48,523 bases of DNA from Cyanobacteria bacterium P01_A01_bin.123 (GCA_039815185.1 JBCBZT010000057.1:1-48523); one strand, 5' to 3'; positions 18,949 through 29,612 are shown, counted from the first letter of the stretch. The notes: a model not told the origin generated them from the letters alone. Numbers and translations are program-made.

Positions 18949-20747
18949 GAATAGCGATTTTGCAAAAAGGGTTCGATCTCATTTGCAGGCATGGGGCGAG
19001 CAAACCAATAACCTTGTCCTAGGGAACAGGATAATCGATTCAGATGTTCAGCTTGCTCGGGGGTTTCAATCCCTTCTGCCGTCACCAAAATTTCCATTGT
19101 TTTAGCGATATTCACAATCAATGGAATCAAACGACTATCTGTGGTATCAGCTTGGATTTTTCCCACGAAAGATTTGTCGATTTTCAAGGCATCTAACGGC
19201 AAAGAGTGGAGATAGCTTAAGGATGAATAGCCTGTGCCAAAATCATCAATGCTAATGCGAATACCGCGCGATCGCAGTACCTTTAATCGTTCAACCGATA
19301 CCGTTGGATTCAACATGATCGAACTTTCAGTAATCTCTAGAATCAAGTTACGAGGATTGATCGCTGTTGCGCTTAAAATCTGATCAATGTTTTTTACCAG
19401 TTTGGGCTGCATCAACTGTTTAGCTGAAAGATTAACGCTCATCGTTACACTTTCATGTACAGTCCCTACTTGCTGCCAGCATCGCAGTTGACGGCAGGCT
19501 ATCTCAAACACTTGTAGATCGAGGGTCTGGATCAAATCAGTCTCTTCTGCGATGGGAATAAAGATATCGGGGCGAATCAGTCCCATCTTGGGATGTTGCC
19601 AGCGGACTAGCGCTTCAAACCCCGTTAGGGCACCTGTTTCAAGTTGAAAAATAGGCTGATAGTAGGCGGTCAGTTCACGACCTTTAACCGCTTTTCTTAA
19701 GTCAGTTTCGATTTGCAATCGGTCCATAGCATTTCGATGCATGACCGGTTCAAATAATAAAAACCGACCTTTGCCACTGGCTTTCGCCCGATACATAGCC
19801 GTATCGGCATCGCGCAAGACATATTCTGGATGGTCGTAGTGGGTATCACCAAGGACGATCCCGATGCTGGCACTGACAAACACTTCACAACTGGGCAACC
19901 GGAATGCCTTTGAGAGCCCTTCCACTAAGCTTTGAGCTAGGACTAGAGCTTGCTCAGAAGAAAGTGGGCGGGCAATCAAAATGGCAAATTCATCGCCACC
20001 AAAGCGGGCTAAAACGTCGTCGAAATGCAACAGTGCCCGTAGTCGATTGGCCACTGCAATTAATAGCTGATCGCCTACCATGTGCCCTAGGGAATCATTG
20101 ATTAGCTTGAAGCGATCGCAATCTAGAAAAAAAACGGCAAAACCTGCCTGATCAGACTCAGATTTACCTGCATGAACCTGACTGAGCACCGCTTCTAAAC
20201 GCTGCATAAACAGCACCCGGTTTGGCAATTCGGTCAAGCCATCGTGCAGGGCCATCTCTAAGAGTTGGGCGTTTGCAGCTTCCAACTGTTGAGTACGCTC
20301 TTTGACTCGCGCCTCTAACTCTAAATTAACCTGCTGGAGTTTTCGTTCTGCTTCTCGCAACGCCAAATGATGGCGAATTCGAGCAATGACTTCTTCAAAG
20401 TGGAAAGGCTTAGTAATGTAGTCGGCCCCACCCACGCTAAACGCTTGGACCTTATCAAAGACTTCTGTTAGCGCACTGATAAAGATAATCGGCACCGATG
20501 CAGTTGTCTGATCCTGCTTGAGTTGGCGACAAACCTCATAGCCATCCATTTCAGGCATCATCACGTCTAGCAGGATCAAATCTGGCAACAGTGCCTTAGC
20601 GGCCTGCAGTGCCATTGCGCCATTGATGGCCTTGCGTACTTCGTAGCCTTCGTGAGTTAGCACGGCCGATAACAACCGCACGTTATTGAGATTGTCATCG
20701 ACAATCAAAACGCTCTTGCTACTCGAAGTGCCTGTGAGTTCTCCCAT
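18945..20747 (-). CDS. REC-GGDEF-EAL response regulator (c-di-GMP turnover)
   Basis: LIVDD...LLDVMMP...KPF receiver; RFGGDEF; FEAL and DDFGTGYSSL. Confidence 0.96.
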   Translation of the reverse strand: MGELTGTSSSKSVLIVDDNLNNVRLLSAVLTHEGYEVRKAINGAMALQAAKALLPDLILLDVMMPEMDGYEVCRQLKQDQTTASVPIIFISALTEVFDKVQAFSVGGADYITKPFHFEEVIARIRHHLALREAERKLQQVNLELEARVKERTQQLEAANAQLLEMALHDGLTELPNRVLFMQRLEAVLSQVHAGKSESDQAGFAVFFLDCDRFKLINDSLGHMVGDQLLIAVANRLRALLHFDDVLARFGGDEFAILIARPLSSEQALVLAQSLVEGLSKAFRLPSCEVFVSASIGIVLGDTHYDHPEYVLRDADTAMYRAKASGKGRFLLFEPVMHRNAMDRLQIETDLRKAVKGRELTAYYQPIFQLETGALTGFEALVRWQHPKMGLIRPDIFIPIAEETDLIQTLDLQVFEIACRQLRCWQQVGTVHESVTMSVNLSAKQLMQPKLVKNIDQILSATAINPRNLILEITESSIMLNPTVSVERLKVLRSRGIRISIDDFGTGYSSLSYLHSLPLDALKIDKSFVGKIQADTTDSRLIPLIVNIAKTMEILVTAEGIETPEQAEHLNRLSCSLGQGYWFARPMPANEIEPFLQNRYS

Positions 20748-21278
20748 TGTGATTCTCTATGCGGTGCAATCGGCCTCAATTGGGGTTTGCGTAACCCCAG
20801 CGATCGCCTGAATAAAATAGTTTGGGTAGGAAATAACAGTCAGCGTTATCAAAACAGGGATCACACGAATAGGGCTGTTAGTTCAGTAATCAGCGCATAT
20901 TCAACGAAAAACTACTTAGGGAAGAATTGGTATAGGAGAAGACATTACAGGGAGAGACATTTGAAGCCCATCAACGACAGTTTGCTTTAATATTCCAGCT
21001 GTGCTCAAAAACCTCGCTCAATTGCCCAAGGCTTTATCAGGACTTTATTATCTTCCCTTTCACACTTGATTACTTCCCCAATCTGACTACCAAAACTCTA
21101 GTATTGTAATCACCTTCCCATAAACCTGATATTTTTATTAGCGGCAAGAAGGCAGGCGCGATCGCGCCTTAACGCTTAACCGCATTGAGTAGATCCACAG
21201 TTATCCGAATCATCCCCTACCTCTGCTAATCGCTTTTCAATGGGGTATTCTTGAGTCACGCTACGGACACCTAACTTA

Positions 21279-22631
21279 ATGCTGGGCTTTATTGTGGGGT
21301 TTCTTTTAGGGTTAGCCGTCGGATTAGTCCTGCTGGGATGGCAACGGGTCTGGTATACCCAAAAACATAAGTCCTTACTCCGTCGGTTAAAAAACACTTC
21401 GGAGACGACTAAAATGCCCTACACAACCCAAATCTCCACTGCGATCGCCAATCAAGATAAAGCCATCACCAATCTCGAGAATCAACTCAAGGCCCTACAC
21501 CAATCTTTAGAGTTCTCACCCACGGGCTACCTGCACGTAGACGAAGAAAATCAGCTGCTTTGGTTTAATCAACGGGCGGCAGAGTTGCTGTGCATTGACG
21601 TCTCTCCTAAATCAGGTTTAATGAGACCACGATTGCTATTGGAAGTTGTCCGCTCCTATGAGCTCGATCAGCTGATTGAACAAGCCCGCCGGACTCAAGC
21701 TTTGTGCCAGCAAGATTGGACATTCCATGCGGCTTCCCCCGATCCGGTGCATCTGTCTGAGAGTGTGGTGTCTCCCATCCGGGGCCAGGCGTTTCCGATG
21801 GTTAAGGGGCAGATTGGCGTCTATATCGAAAGCCGCCAAGAAACCGTGCGACTCACCCAGCAGCGCGATCGCTGGACCTCTGATGTTGCCCATGAACTCA
21901 AAACGCCACTGACCTCTATTCGGTTAGTTGCTGAAACCCTGCGATCGCGGGTTGCTCCCCCAATCCAAAGTTGGATCGATCGCCTCCTGAATGAAACCAT
22001 TCGCCTGAGTAATCTGGTCGAAGATTTGCTTAACCTCAGCCAACTAGAAGGCAGCAACCTGCAGGGCCTTAATCCCAGAACCATTGATCTGACCCAGTTG
22101 GTTCAGGCCGCTTGGCAAAGCCTTGAGCCCCTAGCCACAGTCAAACATCTCCAGCTCGATTACATAGGCCCCCCTCAACTTTGGAGCAACCTGGATGAAT
22201 CGCTGATGTACCGGATGATGATCAACGTTTTAGACAATGCCATCAAACACAGCCCCCCCCGAGGCGTGATTCAAGTCAAACTGACGGCTGCCTCTGAAAC
22301 CACACCCACCTTACTTGAAGTGATTGACAGCGGGAATGGCTTCTCCGAGAAAGATTTACCCTATATTTTTGAACGGTTTTATCGTGCCGATCCGGCTAGG
22401 AGTCGCGGCGAACTCCCCCTAGGGAGACAATCAAAATCGATACCTGGTCAATCCTCAGAAAAATGGTCGGGCAAACAACAGGGGGGCACCGGGTTAGGGC
22501 TGTCTATTGTTCGCCAGATTATAGAAGCTCATCAGGGTAGCATCCAAGCTCTAAATCATCCGGAGACTGGCGGAGCCTGGTTGAGAATATACCTACCCGC
22601 AAAACCGCTACAGCCCGCGATGATGGCGTGA
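21279..22631 (+). CDS. sphS: Phosphate-regulon sensor histidine kinase (SphS/PhoR-like)
   Basis: N-terminal hydrophobic helix, LLEVVRSYELDQLIE, SDVAHELKTPLTSI, DNAIKH, FERFYRAD, GTGLGL. Confidence 0.85.
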   Translation: MLGFIVGFLLGLAVGLVLLGWQRVWYTQKHKSLLRRLKNTSETTKMPYTTQISTAIANQDKAITNLENQLKALHQSLEFSPTGYLHVDEENQLLWFNQRAAELLCIDVSPKSGLMRPRLLLEVVRSYELDQLIEQARRTQALCQQDWTFHAASPDPVHLSESVVSPIRGQAFPMVKGQIGVYIESRQETVRLTQQRDRWTSDVAHELKTPLTSIRLVAETLRSRVAPPIQSWIDRLLNETIRLSNLVEDLLNLSQLEGSNLQGLNPRTIDLTQLVQAAWQSLEPLATVKHLQLDYIGPPQLWSNLDESLMYRMMINVLDNAIKHSPPRGVIQVKLTAASETTPTLLEVIDSGNGFSEKDLPYIFERFYRADPARSRGELPLGRQSKSIPGQSSEKWSGKQQGGTGLGLSIVRQIIEAHQGSIQALNHPETGGAWLRIYLPAKPLQPAMMA

Positions 22632-22837
22632 CTAAGACACCGTCATCAACAAACAGGCTTCCAGTCCCGAAGCCATCTCAACGTGCTGAGGTGCGGCTTT
22701 CCGCCTTGTGCGGTCTATTCAGCAATTGATTCAATGGAGGCGTCATGATGGGCTAAACAACCCGCCTGATTAGGCAGCAAAAGCATTGTGATTCACCACC
22801 CCATCAAGTATTGTGGCGGTTGCCATGTTTGGTTGAA

Positions 22838-23602
22838 ATGGAAGAAAGATTACAAAAGCTATTGTCTCAGTGGGGCGTGGCATCTAGACGACGTTCAGAA
22901 GATTTGATCTTGGCTAAACGAGTCAAGATTAATGATGCCATTGCAATTTTGGGGCAAAAGGCAGATCCCGCCTGCGACATTATTCAAGTGGATGGCATTC
23001 GTGTTGGCCTAGACAACCTGCCAAAATCTTTGTACTTCTTGGTCAACAAGCCGCTTGGCGTCGTCTGTACCTGCGACGATCCCCAGGGTCGAGAGACAGT
23101 GTTAGATCTTTTGCCAACTGCGCTTAGGCAAAAACAAGGGCTACATCCTGTAGGCCGCTTAGATATCAATTCAACTGGGGCATTACTACTGACTAACGAT
23201 GGTGACTTTACCTACCGGCTCACCCATCCCAGTCACCAAGTTGCCAAAACTTACCACGTGTGGGTTGAAGGACACCCCAATCAAGCTAGCCTTGACCAAT
23301 GGCGACACGGTATAGTCCTATCAGGTCGTAGGACACTACCGGCTCATGTTCAGGATCTTGAGCATTTGCCAAGGGAAACACAACTTGAGGTTGTTCTTCA
23401 GGAGGGTAGGAATCGGCAAATTCGACGCGTTGCAGCTTTGTTAGGGCACCCCGTGGTGAAGCTCCATCGCATTGCTATTGGGGAGGTTCAACTCGATCTG
23501 CTTAAATCGGGTGAATATCGTTCCCTGACCCCAGTTGAGGTAGAGGGGTTAGTTGCGGCCTCTAAAGGGGCTTTGCCTAATTCTGAAAGCAGTTGTTCTT
23601 AG
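22838..23602 (+). CDS. S4-domain rRNA pseudouridine synthase (RluB/RsuA family)
   Basis: ERLQKLL..G.ASRR, NKP.G, VGRLD, EGRNRQIRR. Confidence 0.95.
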   Translation: MEERLQKLLSQWGVASRRRSEDLILAKRVKINDAIAILGQKADPACDIIQVDGIRVGLDNLPKSLYFLVNKPLGVVCTCDDPQGRETVLDLLPTALRQKQGLHPVGRLDINSTGALLLTNDGDFTYRLTHPSHQVAKTYHVWVEGHPNQASLDQWRHGIVLSGRRTLPAHVQDLEHLPRETQLEVVLQEGRNRQIRRVAALLGHPVVKLHRIAIGEVQLDLLKSGEYRSLTPVEVEGLVAASKGALPNSESSCS

Positions 23603-23681
23603 AACTAGATGGGCCTAAAATTTGTCAGCGTTGATCTCGGTCGTACCCCCTTGTTTCATGGATTTCCCTGTTTAACGTCGT

Positions 23682-24530
23682 ATGAAGAGAAAAGTCCGCA
23701 ATTTAGAACAGCTCCACAAAGAGCAGCTTACTGAGATTGGGAGTATATTACGCCAACTCCGTGAGCAACAGTCTCTAACGCTAGAGGCGATGGGTAAGCG
23801 GACACTAATTCGCCCTGCACTCTTAGCAGCGCTTGAATCCGCTGATTTGAATCAGTTGCCCGAACCCATTTATATTCGCGGTCTGATTAAGCGTTACGGC
23901 AATCAGCTTGGAACCGATGGCGAAATGCTGGCCAGTCAGTTTTTGCCTTATCCCAATTTGCGGGAAAATCGACCCTCTTGGCAGCAGTCAGCTGCTGCAC
24001 AGCTACGCCCCCTCCACCTCTACGGGTTGTATGTGTTGATTTTGCTGGCTTCAATCAGTGGGCTCTCCTATTGGCTTAAGCGTAATGCCCCCCAAGCCAC
24101 GGCTTTACCTAGTTTAGAGTCTACGATTAGTGAACAAACTGAACCCGCTGAGTCGGTACCCCAACCCGTACAACCTCAGCCAACGGTATCCGATCAGCGT
24201 TCTGTGGACGAGACGGCTGGACGCCCGATTCGGATCAAGATCGTGCTGAAATCCCAGTCTTGGATGCGCGTGGTTGCTGACGGGGAAACTGAGTTTGAGG
24301 GGATTTTGCAGCAGGGTGAAACCAAACTTTGGGTCGCGAGTGAAGCGTTAACGCTACGCGTGGGTGACGCTGGAGCCGTTTTGGTTGCTTATAACGATGA
24401 GCAAGCCAAGACATTGGGTGAACCTGGCAGTGTTGCAGAAATTACCTATCTCCCGGATCAACCCGAGACCCAAAATGAATCGGCTTACTTAAACCCAAGC
24501 TCAGACCAGAGGGCGATCGCGAGTCGATAG
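23682..24530 (+). CDS. rodZ: RodZ-like protein (HTH, TM, DUF4115)
   Basis: LPEPIYIRGLIKRY HTH, single TM, SWMRVVADG...FEG. Confidence 0.85.
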   Translation: MKRKVRNLEQLHKEQLTEIGSILRQLREQQSLTLEAMGKRTLIRPALLAALESADLNQLPEPIYIRGLIKRYGNQLGTDGEMLASQFLPYPNLRENRPSWQQSAAAQLRPLHLYGLYVLILLASISGLSYWLKRNAPQATALPSLESTISEQTEPAESVPQPVQPQPTVSDQRSVDETAGRPIRIKIVLKSQSWMRVVADGETEFEGILQQGETKLWVASEALTLRVGDAGAVLVAYNDEQAKTLGEPGSVAEITYLPDQPETQNESAYLNPSSDQRAIASR

Positions 24531-24576
24531 GTAACAGGGGCTAAACCACCATCAATTCCTTCATTAAGGGTCGCTA

Positions 24577-24616
24577 GCAGGAGGTTGGACGCTACCCATA
24601 GCGTCTAACCTCCTGC
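24577..24616. terminator. Strong hairpin downstream of rodZ
   Basis: GCAGGAGGTTGGACGCTA...TAGCGTCTAACCTCCTGC. Confidence 0.65.
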
Positions 24617-24814
24617 CTTGCGTCATGCCTGAAAAGTATGAAGCTCTCGTGAGTGGGCTAAATACCTTTGTTTAGCAAGGGTCAAGAGTAAGGTTTTCTT
24701 TCTAGAATCAGCATAGATACGTAGTACTTTTTAATCAGGGGTGTTCTTCATGACTGAGAATTTACGTACGTTGCATGGTTTGGCAACGTACCTGTCTCAG
24801 GGCATAGATACTGA

Positions 24815-24932
24815 TAAACCTCGTTCACATCCAGATCCATTGATCTCCTGAGCCAACAGCTCAAGAGCCTTTCCTTATAAGGATGCAGGGCTTTGTGCCC
24901 CTACTCAAGCTGCCAAATTGGATGTGGTTTAG
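24815..24932. repeat. Copy B of the miniature element, with a degenerate REP hairpin
   Basis: TAAACCTCGTTCACATCCAGATCC...GCAGGGCTTTGTGCCCCTAC...AAATTGGATGTGGTTTAG. Confidence 0.8.
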
Positions 24933-24950
24933 TTCCCCTGATGTCGCACT

Positions 24951-25442
24951 ATGCAAACTAGAGTTAAACCTCAACAAGTTGACCCTAAGCAAGCTGGGTT
25001 TACGCTAATTGAGTTGATGGTAGTGGTTATAATTTTGGGCCTCTTGGCTGCGATCGCCTTACCTGCTGTTGCCAATCTAACCCGCCGCGCTCGCTACGCC
25101 GAGGCTAGACTAGCCCTTAACGCAATGGCCAAGGATCTACAGATGTATCGTCTGGAAAAGGGTAGCTACCCTGCGGATACGAACGGTGGTATTGCGCCAA
25201 CGGGAATAACCGAGTGGCCAACGAAGGTGCCCTACGATTCTCAATATGACTATGACCACTGGAATATTGGCGGTGGCCGCTGTTATGTGCAGGTTGGCTT
25301 TGCAGGTGAAAGTGGAGTGCGCGCTTATCCCTCCCACCAGCGAATCGTCGATGTGGGTGCCCTAGAGGAGATTGACGATAATTTGGTGATGGGCGTGGAC
25401 GAGTATGACTGCCCAAATGGGGCTGCTGGCCCGATTAACTAA
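24951..25442 (+). CDS. Type IV pilin / pseudopilin-like protein
   Basis: AG|FTLIELMVVVIILGLLAAIALP prepilin motif. Confidence 0.92.
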   Translation: MQTRVKPQQVDPKQAGFTLIELMVVVIILGLLAAIALPAVANLTRRARYAEARLALNAMAKDLQMYRLEKGSYPADTNGGIAPTGITEWPTKVPYDSQYDYDHWNIGGGRCYVQVGFAGESGVRAYPSHQRIVDVGALEEIDDNLVMGVDEYDCPNGAAGPIN

Positions 25443-25483
25443 GGATGTGTGATGATGAGGGATTGCTCCTTCTTCTTCATGTC

Positions 25484-27466
25484 ATGGCTAATTCTCAAAT
25501 TCCTGCTCTGGTAGCTTTGGCAACCACACCCCAGGGGGCAAGTTGCCTAGTGCCTATTTGCCAAGCGATGGCTGGGGTTTTGTGGATACCGAATCGCATA
25601 CAAACCAGCTTAGACCCAAGACTGCTGGCTTGTGAGCATACTTTTTACGAGGGTTCCCTGCGGGATGTTCTAACCCAGTTTTGGCCCCAGTCACAATTGG
25701 TATTTGCGTTAGCCACCGGGGCAGTGGTGCGATTGATTGCACCTTTGTTACGAGACAAGGCAACGGATCCCGCAGTAGTGGTGGTCGATGAAACGGGACA
25801 ATTTGTGATTAGTCTGTGTGGGGGACATCAAGGGGGAGCTGATCGCTTGACCCACCAAATTGCCCAGGTTTTGACGGCACAGCCCATCGTTACTGGAGCG
25901 GCCCATCATCTAGGATTTCCGGGGATTGATGTGGTGGGTGAGCCCTTTGGTTGGCAGCGTGGCAGTGGAGATTGGACTAGAGTCAGTGCTGCGATCGCCC
26001 GCAATGCCCCTATTCAAGTAATTCAAGACTGTGGCTCAAGCCTTTGGCGAACCGCACTGCCAGCCCAGCACTCCTTTCAATGGGGGTGGCCCCCTGCTCC
26101 CGCTGAGACTGGCCAACCTGGGCAAGCGTCTAACCCCGAACCACCCCAAGGACGCGTATGGATTAGCCCTATCCAACGCCGCTTTGCTCCAGATGCAGCC
26201 TTGCCCAAAGTCCAGTGGCATCCTCGTGTCCTGTGGGTTGGCTTGGGGTGTGAACGGGGTACCTCGGCGGCTTTAATGGATTGGGCCATTCAACAGGTGT
26301 TTCAAACGCATCACTTGGCCCCAGCCGCGATCGCAGGAATTGCCAGCCTTACCCTGAAAGCCGACGAATCAGGGCTGTTAGCCCTGTGTGAAACGCACCG
26401 TTGGCCCCTACGTTGTTTCCCGCCTGAAGCATTAAAGCCCATCCCGGTTCCTCAACCGTCAACGGTCGTGGAAAAAGCAGTCGGTACTCCCAGTGTGGCT
26501 GAAGCCGCAGCCCTGCTGGCAGCCTATCAACCGATCGTCCCCATTGATGCGCCTGACCTTGCCCTAACACCAGAAGCCCTAACACCAGAACAACTGGAGC
26601 AGCTGGCCCATAACATTGAGTTGCGGGTGAGCAAACAAGTTTTTCGCCAACCGGGGGAACCAGGGGCTGTAACCCTGGCCGTGGCCCAAGCAGACCAAGA
26701 ATACATCGGTCGGTCAGGACAGCTCTTTTTGGTCGGCACTGGCCCTGGCAATCTGGATCAAATGACCCCAGCGGCAAAGGGCGCGATCGCCCAGGTGGAT
26801 GTGATCATTGGCTATTCACTATATCTGGATTTGATTCAACCCCTCCTGCGCCCTGGCCAAATCGTTGAGGCTTTCCCCATTACTCAAGAACAACAGCGGG
26901 CTGAGCGCGCCATTGAGCTAGCCGCATGGGGCCTTAAAGTCGCCGTGGTGTCCTCTGGGGATGCGGGGATCTACGGCATGGCCGGCCTGGTTTTAGAGTC
27001 GCTGCACAAACTCAACTGGGATGGCAAAACCCCAGATGTGCAAGTGTTTCCTGGCATCACGGCGTTGCAAGCGGCAGCAGCGCGGGTAGGGACACCGCTG
27101 ATGCATGACTTTTGCGCCATTAGCCTCAGCGATTTACTCACCCCTTGGGCAGTGATTGAAAAACGATTAGTCGCCGCTGCTCAAGCCGATTTTGTCATCG
27201 CCCTCTATAATCCCAAGTCCAAAACGAGAACTCGTCCGCTGGCGATCGCCCACCAGATTTTGTGCCAGCATCGGCCCGCCACAACCCCTGTAGCCATTGT
27301 GCGATCTGCCTATCGACCTGACGAAACCATTACCTTGACGACTTTGGCAGAGTTATTGACCCAACCCATCGATATGGTAACGACGCTTTTGATTGGGAAT
27401 AACAGCAGTTTAAAGCACCATCATTGGATGATTACGCCCAGAGGGTACTTGGGTTTTGGGAAATAA
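25484..27466 (+). CDS. cobJ: Fused CbiG / precorrin-3B C17-methyltransferase
   Basis: DKATDPAVVVVDE, GLGCERG, TPSVAEAAA (CbiG); VGTGPG, SSGDAGIYGMA, HDFCAISLSDLLTPW, TPRGY (CobJ). Confidence 0.95.
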   Translation: MANSQIPALVALATTPQGASCLVPICQAMAGVLWIPNRIQTSLDPRLLACEHTFYEGSLRDVLTQFWPQSQLVFALATGAVVRLIAPLLRDKATDPAVVVVDETGQFVISLCGGHQGGADRLTHQIAQVLTAQPIVTGAAHHLGFPGIDVVGEPFGWQRGSGDWTRVSAAIARNAPIQVIQDCGSSLWRTALPAQHSFQWGWPPAPAETGQPGQASNPEPPQGRVWISPIQRRFAPDAALPKVQWHPRVLWVGLGCERGTSAALMDWAIQQVFQTHHLAPAAIAGIASLTLKADESGLLALCETHRWPLRCFPPEALKPIPVPQPSTVVEKAVGTPSVAEAAALLAAYQPIVPIDAPDLALTPEALTPEQLEQLAHNIELRVSKQVFRQPGEPGAVTLAVAQADQEYIGRSGQLFLVGTGPGNLDQMTPAAKGAIAQVDVIIGYSLYLDLIQPLLRPGQIVEAFPITQEQQRAERAIELAAWGLKVAVVSSGDAGIYGMAGLVLESLHKLNWDGKTPDVQVFPGITALQAAAARVGTPLMHDFCAISLSDLLTPWAVIEKRLVAAAQADFVIALYNPKSKTRTRPLAIAHQILCQHRPATTPVAIVRSAYRPDETITLTTLAELLTQPIDMVTTLLIGNNSSLKHHHWMITPRGYLGFGK

Positions 27467-27742
27467 TTAAGTAGAATTTGGGAGTCAATATTTTTTGTTT
27501 TCCTAAATCAAACTTAGCTTTAATAGCGAGGTCGCCGAGCCGTTTAGTCGGTACTTATTCGAGCCTAAATCAACCCGTCTGACGCTGCTCCTGGTTGCAG
27601 AGGCCGAAATTTCGAATTGATAAATTCTGTTTTCTGTCAAGCACTAGCTATTCGACAGTTCATTTGCCCCCTAGATTTTCTCTCCCACAACGATGACATA
27701 TTAAACGTCAATGTATTGAGACTGTATCGAGACTTAATTACG

Positions 27743-28864
27743 ATGGATCGTGTCATGCCCAACATTCAACAAAAATCTCCAACCTCCCTTAGCCTCAAAG
27801 GGCTACCCACACCCTTTTTAGCGTTCTTGATCTTGCTGGCATTCCCCCCGCTGTCCGTTGCCCGAGCAGCAAACTCACCAACGGATACAGAAACAGCCAA
27901 TATAGGCAATCCAGATACATTTACAGGAGAGGGGGCTGGGGAGTTCGAGTACATCGAACCAGCACTACCGATAGAACTGGCACAGGTAGAAGAAACCGTG
28001 TCCTTTTTTGAGACACCGGGCTATGCGGTTAGGGTAATTCGCAGGCCAGGAATTGGGCTGTTTATGAATGCTTACAATCGGGCAACGGGTATTCAGGAGC
28101 AAAATGGGGTACCCACTCGGGTGCTGTCTAGCAATAATGGGGCAATCACTTACGCCAGTGAGGGCTCTAGAAATGGTTTGCCCGCAACCTATCTTGCGCG
28201 GGTAAACAGCAACGGTGTTGGTGAGCTACAAATCATCAATTCTAATGGTTCCATTGTGCTCCAAGAAACGGGCACGATCGCCAATTCTAATATTCCACCT
28301 GAACAGTTCCCGCCGCAGGAAGAAACGACCATTATCAGATTTCAGGGTACTGACTTTGCTACCCACGTTTTGGAGAAGGGGGGTAGTTTATTTATGAATG
28401 TCTACGACCGTCAGGCAGAAGTTACAGTTTTGAATGGGCAGCGCGCCTTCATAGAAGCCCCTAGGAATGAAAACGATGAATGGCGAAGCTATCTGAGCTT
28501 TGGTGACTATCGCGGGGTTCCATCAACATTCACTGCCCGCGTGAGTCCCCAAGGACAGACCCAACTTGAAATTACCAATCGTAACAATGGCCAACTGTTA
28601 GCCCGAGAAGACAGTAATTTAATCGAGGGTCAAACTACGAATTTATTGACCAATGACTATGTCGTCGCGATTCCGGGCGGGCAAGACATGTTAACGTCAG
28701 TGCGCCAGTTCTACCCGGAGGCTTATTTGGATCGCTCTCGGCAGGGTGACTTTGTGAATGCGGGAACCTTTGGCAATCGCAATGCTGCCTTTGCTCGTAC
28801 CTATGCTCTACAGGCACAAGGCATCAACGCTCGGGTTGTCTATCGGCGGATTAGCTATCGATAA
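27743..28864 (+). CDS. Hypothetical secreted protein with a duplicated domain and SPOR-like C-terminus
   Basis: Signal-like hydrophobic segment ending ARA; two similar blocks (LFMNAYNR / LFMNVYDR); C-terminal YVVAIPG...GINARVVY. Confidence 0.7.
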   Translation: MDRVMPNIQQKSPTSLSLKGLPTPFLAFLILLAFPPLSVARAANSPTDTETANIGNPDTFTGEGAGEFEYIEPALPIELAQVEETVSFFETPGYAVRVIRRPGIGLFMNAYNRATGIQEQNGVPTRVLSSNNGAITYASEGSRNGLPATYLARVNSNGVGELQIINSNGSIVLQETGTIANSNIPPEQFPPQEETTIIRFQGTDFATHVLEKGGSLFMNVYDRQAEVTVLNGQRAFIEAPRNENDEWRSYLSFGDYRGVPSTFTARVSPQGQTQLEITNRNNGQLLAREDSNLIEGQTTNLLTNDYVVAIPGGQDMLTSVRQFYPEAYLDRSRQGDFVNAGTFGNRNAAFARTYALQAQGINARVVYRRISYR

Positions 28865-29331
28865 TAACGGCTGGGGGGCGATGGTCGCATGTCATAAGAT
28901 CGCCCCTCGATGTATCGTTTTAGTTGATAAGCCATACGTTTGAGCCCCTGCTTTTCGTCTTGTCGGATGAACGGCATAAATACGCCAGACAATACCCCAG
29001 AGAACCGCGAGCGGTGAGTATATTGGGTACGGTTAAAGCCGACTTCTTGAAGTTCAAATACGTGTTCACTTTTGAAACCAGGAATTTGTGAGATCCAGCG
29101 GAGACATACAGTCGGTTGCAGCAACAGCACGCGGGGCCGAAACTCAGTTTCTTCATCGCCTTCTAAGCGTCGCAGGGCAAGGCAAACTTGAGCTCCCTGG
29201 CGAAATGAACGATTAGGGTCGCAATCATAGAGAAAGGTGTTCCAGCGAAACCACTGCTCCTTTTGGATTAACGCATCCCATACAACAGCTTTGGGAGCAT
29301 TGATTTCAATTGCGGTGTAGAGATTTGGCAT
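28855..29331 (-). CDS. SRPBCC/polyketide-cyclase-fold protein
   Basis: IEINAPKAVVWDAL...WN, LRW, LKRYIE. Confidence 0.85.
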   Translation of the reverse strand: MPNLYTAIEINAPKAVVWDALIQKEQWFRWNTFLYDCDPNRSFRQGAQVCLALRRLEGDEETEFRPRVLLLQPTVCLRWISQIPGFKSEHVFELQEVGFNRTQYTHRSRFSGVLSGVFMPFIRQDEKQGLKRMAYQLKRYIEGRSYDMRPSPPSRYYR

Positions 29332-29612
29332 ATCGAATTAAGTACACCACTAACGGTTCTGACTTGGGTTTCTAGGCAAACTGGTTCCTGGGTGATTTTA
29401 GAGAGCCATTTCAGAATAGGCAAGATTTGGTTTTTCTTTGGCCGCAGTGCATTTAGATTTACCATTCTTTAAGTTCTGAAATTTTAGCCCGCCAATGATT
29501 CCTGTGCGGGTCTAGCCCTGATGGGCAACTAGGTCAACGACCATAGTCCCCCTGGGACACAGGCTACCTTGATCCGTTTTACGTTGTTTAATTACGCAGT
29601 TGATCTCATCCT

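Noticed and set aside
21160..21185. Pho box before sphS (CTTAACGCTTAACC)
   Set aside because: Half-sites are 7 nt apart rather than the 11-nt period of cyanobacterial Pho boxes
26561..26590. 15-bp tandem duplication (ALTPE x2) in cbiG-cobJ, and low-complexity tracts at about 5410-5470, 7145-7200, 31905-31955 and 43335-43372
   Set aside because: Ordinary short tandem repeats common in cyanobacterial linkers and intergenic DNA
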